From an uncultured delta proteobacterium (GTDB lineage Bacteria; Desulfobacterota; Binatia; UBA9968), in the NCBI GenBank assembly GCA_963727625.1, contig CAVSHR010000004.1, positions 480,001-544,000 of the forward strand: 64,000 nt of DNA, given 5' to 3'. The translations under genes were made by a program, and so were the position numbers. Below are positions 58,631 to 64,000 of this stretch, in pieces. Under the pieces are notes generated by a model, which was not told where the DNA came from, searched no databases, and saw nothing but the letters and a program-made list of their open reading frames with translations. How positions within the stretch are numbered: position 1 is the stretch's first letter; every line of letters starts with the position of its first letter.

Positions 58631-60588
58631 CCTCTACCCTGGGCCACACATCGATTCTGCTGGCCTTTTGTATGGCGCTTTGCGGGATCGTCAGTCCGAT
58701 CATCGCCGCGCGCTCCGGCCAGGAGCGCTATTTGTCGGTCGCTCGCTATGCCATCTTTGGCCAATTTCTCTTGGTTACAACGGCCGCGGCGGCACTGATT
58801 TACGGCCTGGTGACCACCGATTTTTCGATCAAATACGTCGCCTTCAACACCACCCGGGCCACACCGATTTACTATCGCATAACCGGCCTGTGGGGTGCTC
58901 TGGAAGGTTCGCTGCTGCTTTGGGAATGGATTCTGATCATCTTTTCCGGCATCATCGCGTGGATTTACCGCGACCGACACAAGGACACCCTGCCTTGGGT
59001 GATTATGATTTTTTCCATCATCTCGGCGTTTTTTCTCGGCGTCGTCGGCCTACTCTCCAATCCCTTCGAGACCATGTCACCGATTCCTCTGGATGGGCGC
59101 GGCTTAAACCCGCTGCTCGAAGACGCCAACATGATGACCCACCCGCCCTTGCTTTATACCGGATTCGTCGGCCTCACCGTGCCCTACGCCTTCGCCATGG
59201 CAGCTTTGATCGTCGGCAAGCTTGACGAAGCCTGGATTGTCACCACGCGGCGCTGGACGATCATCGCCTGGTTCTTTCTCACCGCGGGTAATTTAGTCGG
59301 CGCGTGGTGGTCGTATCACGTACTCGGCTGGGGCGGCTATTGGGCCTGGGACCCGGTGGAAAACGCCGCATTCATGCCCTGGCTGCCGGCCACCGCTTTT
59401 CTTCATTCGATTCAGGTGCAGGAGCGCCGCCGCATGTTGAAAGTGTGGAATTTATCTTTGATCATCATCGCCTTCAGCCTTACCATCTTCGGCACCTTCC
59501 TCACCCGATCCGGGGTTTTATCGTCGATCCACGCCTTTTCGTCGGGACCGGTCGGCGGATTTTTTCTCGCATTCCTAGGCATTATTCTGCTCGGCTCCTT
59601 CGGCCTGGTCGCCTATCGAGCCGATTTGCTAAAAGAACAGCCCGAGCTTGACTCCATGGTCAGCCGTGAATCGGCTTTTTTGTTAAACAATATCGTCCTG
59701 GTCTCAGCGCTGTTCACGATTTTCCTTGGCACGATCTTTCCGTTGCTTTCCGAGGCGGTCGCTGGCGTTCAGGTAAGCGTTGGCGCGCCCTATTTTAACT
59801 CCGTTACCGTACCGTTGTTTTTGATTTTGGTCTTTCTCATGGCTGTCGGACCGATGATTGCCTGGCGGCGCGCCTCCTGGGACAACTTGAAACGCAATTT
59901 CCTCATACCGGCGGCGGCTTCGTTGCTATTCGCTATGGCGCTGTTTGTCTGGAAAGTCCAGGATTTTCTGCCGCTCTTGGGTTTTACCCTCCTGGCCTTT
60001 GTCGTGCTCTCGATCCTTTACGATACCGCGCTGGCACTGCGCGCGCGCCATCGCATCGCCGGCGAAGGCATCCTGGGAGGCCTGCTCACGCTTGCCCGAC
60101 GCAATCAACGTCGCTATGGCGGCTTAGTCGTCCACCTCGGGGTCGTCCTGATCATGATGGGCATCGGCGGCTCAATGTCTTATAGCCTGGAAAAAGAGGC
60201 CACCCTCGGCATCAATCACGATCTCAACATCGGCAACTATCGGGTGCAATTTCAAGGTTTGAAGGGGTCCCAGCAACCGACGCACTTTCGTGTCGAGGCC
60301 GACTTCCGGGTATTTCACAACGGCAATGACGAAGGCATCATGAACCCGGCGCTGAAATTTTTTCCTACTCAGGAATCACCCATCGGCCGTGCCGTGCATC
60401 AAAGCAGCCTGACCGAAGACATTTATTTGATCCTTTCGGGGTTCAGCGAGGTCGACCGCAACCAAGCGACGCTAAAAGTCCTGGTTCGTCCGCTGGTTGT
60501 TTGGATGTGGATCGGCGGCTTCGTCATCGCCCTGGGGACGTTGGTATGTATCTGGCCGATGAGGAAAGCAGAGTTCGCGGAATCATGA
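58627..60588 (+). CDS. ccmF: Cytochrome c heme lyase CcmF
   Basis: GLNPLL, HPP, LGWGGYWAWDPVENA and GTFLTRSG...SIHAF motifs. Confidence 0.96.
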   Translation: MTSTLGHTSILLAFCMALCGIVSPIIAARSGQERYLSVARYAIFGQFLLVTTAAAALIYGLVTTDFSIKYVAFNTTRATPIYYRITGLWGALEGSLLLWEWILIIFSGIIAWIYRDRHKDTLPWVIMIFSIISAFFLGVVGLLSNPFETMSPIPLDGRGLNPLLEDANMMTHPPLLYTGFVGLTVPYAFAMAALIVGKLDEAWIVTTRRWTIIAWFFLTAGNLVGAWWSYHVLGWGGYWAWDPVENAAFMPWLPATAFLHSIQVQERRRMLKVWNLSLIIIAFSLTIFGTFLTRSGVLSSIHAFSSGPVGGFFLAFLGIILLGSFGLVAYRADLLKEQPELDSMVSRESAFLLNNIVLVSALFTIFLGTIFPLLSEAVAGVQVSVGAPYFNSVTVPLFLILVFLMAVGPMIAWRRASWDNLKRNFLIPAAASLLFAMALFVWKVQDFLPLLGFTLLAFVVLSILYDTALALRARHRIAGEGILGGLLTLARRNQRRYGGLVVHLGVVLIMMGIGGSMSYSLEKEATLGINHDLNIGNYRVQFQGLKGSQQPTHFRVEADFRVFHNGNDEGIMNPALKFFPTQESPIGRAVHQSSLTEDIYLILSGFSEVDRNQATLKVLVRPLVVWMWIGGFVIALGTLVCIWPMRKAEFAES

Positions 60589-60651
60589 TCGGTTTCGAAG
60601 TTGGAATGTTTTTTGACCGTTGCCGCCCTGTCGCGCGCATAGAGAATTGAA

Positions 60652-61218
60652 ATGCCCTGGCGCCGCTTAGCGATCACACTTGCGATCATCGGCCCGATTC
60701 TGGCGCTACTGGCTTTCGGTTTTACCCGAGACGCTCACTATATCACCTCGCCGCTGCTTGCCAAGCCGGCTACACCTTTTGCCATCACCTTGTTCGACGG
60801 CCGCAAACTTACCTTGAACGACTTGCGCGGCAAAGCGGTGTTTTTGAATTTCTGGGCATCGTGGTGTTTGCCCTGTCGCGACGAAGCGCGCGACCTTGAA
60901 GCCGCTTGGCAGAAAGTCAAAGACCGGAACATGGTCTTTCTCGGTGTCGCGCTACAAGACACCGAAGAAAATTCCCGCAAATTTCTAAAAGAATTTAACA
61001 TCACTTATCCGAACGGTAAGGATGAGAGCGGCAAGATCGGTATCGACTACGGCACCTGGGGCATACCCGAAAGCTTTTTCATCGATCCGCAAGGACGGAT
61101 CACTTACAAGCACGTCGGCGGCATCCGCGCGGCGCTGGTCGTTGCCAAGCTCGAGGATGCGGCTAAAGGCATCGTGAGCGCCCAGGAAGGGCGCGGCGAT
61201 TACCAGGGGGTCAAGTAA
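60652..61218 (+). CDS. ccmG: Thiol-disulfide oxidoreductase CcmG/TlpA
   Basis: NFWASWCLPCR and GIPESFFID motifs; N-terminal TM segment. Confidence 0.88.
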   Translation: MPWRRLAITLAIIGPILALLAFGFTRDAHYITSPLLAKPATPFAITLFDGRKLTLNDLRGKAVFLNFWASWCLPCRDEARDLEAAWQKVKDRNMVFLGVALQDTEENSRKFLKEFNITYPNGKDESGKIGIDYGTWGIPESFFIDPQGRITYKHVGGIRAALVVAKLEDAAKGIVSAQEGRGDYQGVK

Positions 61219-61220
61219 GC

Positions 61221-62879
61221 ATGCTGTTCGTGCGCGCGCTAATGGTCGTTTACGCGCTATGGGTTTTACCCGGTCATATTCTCCAGGCCGCGCCCGCGCC
61301 CGATATCGAACAGCGAACGCGGGCGATTGCCACCGACCTGCGCTGCGTGGTTTGCCAGAATCTCTCGGTCGCCGACTCTCCTTCGGAAATGGCCCAGCAG
61401 ATGCGCGCCATCGTGCGCCAACAAGTGGAGGCCGGCAAATCGCCCGAGGAAATTAAAAATTTCTTTGTCTCGAAGTATGGCGAGTGGGTGCTGCTCAAGC
61501 CCAAGACCAGCGGCTTCGCCGCCCTATTATGGATCTTACCCTACATCGTCCTTTTGCTCGGTATCCTCGCCGCGCTATGGTTTCTGCGGCGCTGGTCCTC
61601 AGCGAAAAAAGACAAACAAATTTCCGCCGAGCCGTCGCCGGTCAGCGAGGAAATGCGCCGGGAATTTTTAAGCGAAGAATTCGCCACGCCGGAGTTGGAA
61701 GATGCCAGTCCCCGCGCGAGTTTGCTCCGTGACCAAAATAGGCTGAAAAGCGAGCTGGCCGAACTCGAATTCGATTTTCAGTCCGGTAAACTCTCTGACT
61801 CCGACTACTCGGCGTTGAAGCAAGAAATTGAAACCAAAGCGGGTGCCGTGATCGCTCAGATTCACGCTCTGCCCGCGGAGCCAAGTCCTAAAAGACCGGC
61901 CAAAGCAAAGCCCATCGAGCAAAACGCGCCAGGGAGTGGTGCGAACCCAGCACGAATTCGCCGATGGCAACTGATAACCGGCGGACTTTTTCTGATGCTT
62001 TTCGGCCTTGCGCTCGGCGTAATGCTAACGAAATCGCTTCGGCCGCGCGGCTCCGAAGGCGACACGATGACAGGCGATTTTCTCACCGGCACGAGCTCAC
62101 CATCCGGCGACGTCCGCGCCGCCCTGGAAGAAGGCAAAAGAGCCTTCGGCACGCAGGAGTTTCCCAAAGCGATCGAATCGTTCAAAAAAGTTTTAGCGGT
62201 CGAGCCGAATAATCCGGAAGCGCACAGCTATATGGGATTTATACTGGTGCAAGCCGGCCACGGCGAAGGCGCGTTGATGGCGTTCGACAAAGCTCTGTCC
62301 CAGGCACCAAATTTTCCCATGGCGCTGTGGGGAAAAGGAATGGTTCTGTACCAGGATAAAAAGGATTTCGCCGGCGCCCGCGAAATCTTCGAGCGTTTAT
62401 TGAATCTCGTGCCGCCCGGTGAGGAACGAAACGAGATCACCAAGGTGCTCGCCGAAATTCCCGCAACCGGAGGGAAAAAGGGTCCAGCGGCAGCGACTGC
62501 CGCGGCTTCACCCGCTGCGCCCGCATCCTCGTCGCAAATCAGCGGCAAGATCACTATTGATTCGAAGCTCAAAGCCAAACTGGACCCCAATGCCGCGCTG
62601 TTCATCATCGCCCGTCCCGCCGGAGGCGCCGGCGGCCCGCCCCTCGCGGTCAAAAAAATCGACCGCCCGACTTTTCCGCTGGACTATAGCTTGAGCCAGC
62701 AAGACGTGATGATGCAAGGCATGCCTTTCACCGGCAAGATCAATATCACCATCCGCCTCGACAAAGACGGCAACCCCATCACCCACACCCCCGGCGACAT
62801 GAGCGGCGACTACAAGAAAAATCCGGTGGAAGTGGGGTCGAAGAATGTGGATATCGTGATTGATCAGCAAACGCGCTGA
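61221..62879 (+). CDS. ccmH: CcmH-CcmI fusion (CxxC domain, TPR and C-terminal domain)
   Basis: LRCVVCQNLSVADS, ELEFDFQSGKLS..DY, TPR repeats and PPLAVK...FP...LSQQDVMM motifs. Confidence 0.9.
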   Translation: MLFVRALMVVYALWVLPGHILQAAPAPDIEQRTRAIATDLRCVVCQNLSVADSPSEMAQQMRAIVRQQVEAGKSPEEIKNFFVSKYGEWVLLKPKTSGFAALLWILPYIVLLLGILAALWFLRRWSSAKKDKQISAEPSPVSEEMRREFLSEEFATPELEDASPRASLLRDQNRLKSELAELEFDFQSGKLSDSDYSALKQEIETKAGAVIAQIHALPAEPSPKRPAKAKPIEQNAPGSGANPARIRRWQLITGGLFLMLFGLALGVMLTKSLRPRGSEGDTMTGDFLTGTSSPSGDVRAALEEGKRAFGTQEFPKAIESFKKVLAVEPNNPEAHSYMGFILVQAGHGEGALMAFDKALSQAPNFPMALWGKGMVLYQDKKDFAGAREIFERLLNLVPPGEERNEITKVLAEIPATGGKKGPAAATAAASPAAPASSSQISGKITIDSKLKAKLDPNAALFIIARPAGGAGGPPLAVKKIDRPTFPLDYSLSQQDVMMQGMPFTGKINITIRLDKDGNPITHTPGDMSGDYKKNPVEVGSKNVDIVIDQQTR

Positions 62880-63155
62880 TGACGTAAGGTGCACGTCTCC
62901 AGGCGAAGAATCGTCCGCACCAGCCTACATTCGGCGTGTGCAATGGTAATACACTGAAGTAAGGTGCTGCTCTATTCACTGGTGGGCATGATCGCGTTTG
63001 GTTTCATGCGGCTTTTCGCGCCCACCAAAGCGCTCAATCCGACGGTCCCGCCTCCGGAGGCCCTGCGTCTTAGCTTAAGAATTAAGTGGCCAGCGACAAA
63101 CCTATCCATATCTCAAAGCCAATATCGCCTGTGCACCGATCACGATCCCTCGCGA

Positions 63156-63503
63156 CTACGTGTATCTCCGATAAATCGCGTCCGTCTTAGCCGCCATGAT
63201 GAAATCGTTCTTGTGCAGGTTTTTGATCTTGTGCGTCCACCAGGTGACGGCGACTTTGCCCCACTCCGTAGTTAGTCGCGGGTGATGGCCTTCTTCTTCG
63301 GCGGCGGCGCCGACGGCGTCGGTGAAGGCGATGGCGTCTTTGAAATTTTTGAATTTAAACTCGCGGTCGAGCTTGGGAATCTTGTCTTCGGTGATGATCT
63401 TCCACTCGGGTATTCTTGGCTGAAGCTCGTTGACTTCCTCCGGCGTCACCGAGGGCGCGCCGACCCGGCAGGCTACGCATTTTTGTTCGGTCAGCTGTTC
63501 CAT
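63156..63503 (-). CDS. phhB: Pterin-4-alpha-carbinolamine dehydratase
   Basis: KCVAC, FKFKNF, AEEEGHHP and WWTHKI..L..NDFIMAAK motifs. Confidence 0.92.
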   Translation of the reverse strand: MEQLTEQKCVACRVGAPSVTPEEVNELQPRIPEWKIITEDKIPKLDREFKFKNFKDAIAFTDAVGAAAEEEGHHPRLTTEWGKVAVTWWTHKIKNLHKNDFIMAAKTDAIYRRYT

Positions 63504-63510
63504 TTTCGCC

Positions 63511-63548
63511 CTCCAATAATCCAAAACTCCATCACTCCAATACTCCAA
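63511..63548. repeat. Array of 8-nt units (half element, same family as 15045-15129)
   Basis: ctccaataatccaaaactccatcactccaatactccaa. Confidence 0.7.
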
Positions 63549-63554
63549 CCCGCT

Positions 63555-64000
63555 TCACAGCTTCGGCATCACCTCGGCAGCGAACTGCTCCATCGACGCC
63601 TTGACCGCGGCATGGGGCACCGTGCCGATGTTGAACCATGTGATCAGCTGGGTCGCCCCCGTTCGTTGAGCCAGCCCTTTTAATTTTTCCACGGCCATGT
63701 TCGAGTCGCCGATGACCGCATGTTTTTCGCAAACCGTCTCGAAAGCGACCTGGGTTCCAGCGGCGGTGCGTAAACGCGCCGGCAGTTCGACCCCGCGCCG
63801 GTTGAGCCAGTCGGTATAATCCAAGCGCAGATCGCGGATCGTGTCAAAGTAACTCATCACGCCGCTTTCCGAGCGCACCTTTGCCTCAGCGGTGGTCGCC
63901 GCCAGATGCATCGGAATCAGCAGGCCGAGCTCGCGCGCCTGCGGGTCGTGGCCATGCTGTTTCAGCCCGGCCCAATAGGCATCGGCGTATTCGAAGAGCT
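63555..64000 (-). CDS. Luciferase-like (LLM class) flavin-dependent oxidoreductase, C-terminal part (5' end off window)
   Basis: The frame is open to the window edge; C-terminus VIGD...VEKL...G...SMEQFAAEVMPKL. Confidence 0.8.
   Translation of the reverse strand, partial: LFEYADAYWAGLKQHGHDPQARELGLLIPMHLAATTAEAKVRSESGVMSYFDTIRDLRLDYTDWLNRRGVELPARLRTAAGTQVAFETVCEKHAVIGDSNMAVEKLKGLAQRTGATQLITWFNIGTVPHAAVKASMEQFAAEVMPKL

Noticed and set aside
61221-62879. CcmH-CcmI fusion as a novelty
   Set aside because: Such fusions are already known, for example E. coli CcmH.
62964-63275. 103-aa ORF after ccmH
   Set aside because: It overlaps the pterin dehydratase gene on the opposite strand and has no recognisable domain.
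3588-63548. CRISPR array among the short repeats
   Set aside because: Units are 6-9 nt with no unique 25-45-nt spacers, and no cas genes are present.

Overview
This is a GC-rich bacterial chromosomal window. Gene content and intergenic repeats suggest a Binatia/Desulfobacterota-like lineage (inference). The right half (~40-64 kb) is housekeeping: lepA-lepB, UDP-sugar enzymes, mtnP-rlmN-ndk, sucCD-mdh-icd and a complete System I ccmABCDEFGH(I) operon. The left half is an accessory catabolic region: tupA with its regulator, hydantoinase A, two UbiD decarboxylases, an amidohydrolase, HpaB, a Co-type nitrile hydratase, a CrtI-like pair, RavA/ViaA, an acyl-CoA dehydrogenase pair, a sulfatase, a Mo-hydroxylase and Lhr. 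The most notable item is an Abi-P2-like (YRDD) reverse transcriptase at 9854-11350 followed by a well-formed 60-bp integron attC site, i.e. a solitary defence cassette with no integrase in the window. Its 166-nt leader carries direct repeats and a coupled mini-ORF. About 2.5 kb away, a DUF2283-type toxin-antitoxin pair with a degenerate attC-like hairpin sits between two ~87%-identical copies of the amidohydrolase 3' end. Also present are a broken RAYT transposase with GTAG REPs, an orphan HicB inside the nitrile hydratase operon, frameshifts in nthB and dgkA, and several intergenic hairpins built from 7-9-nt tandem units. All family assignments come from motif recognition by eye; no searches were run.
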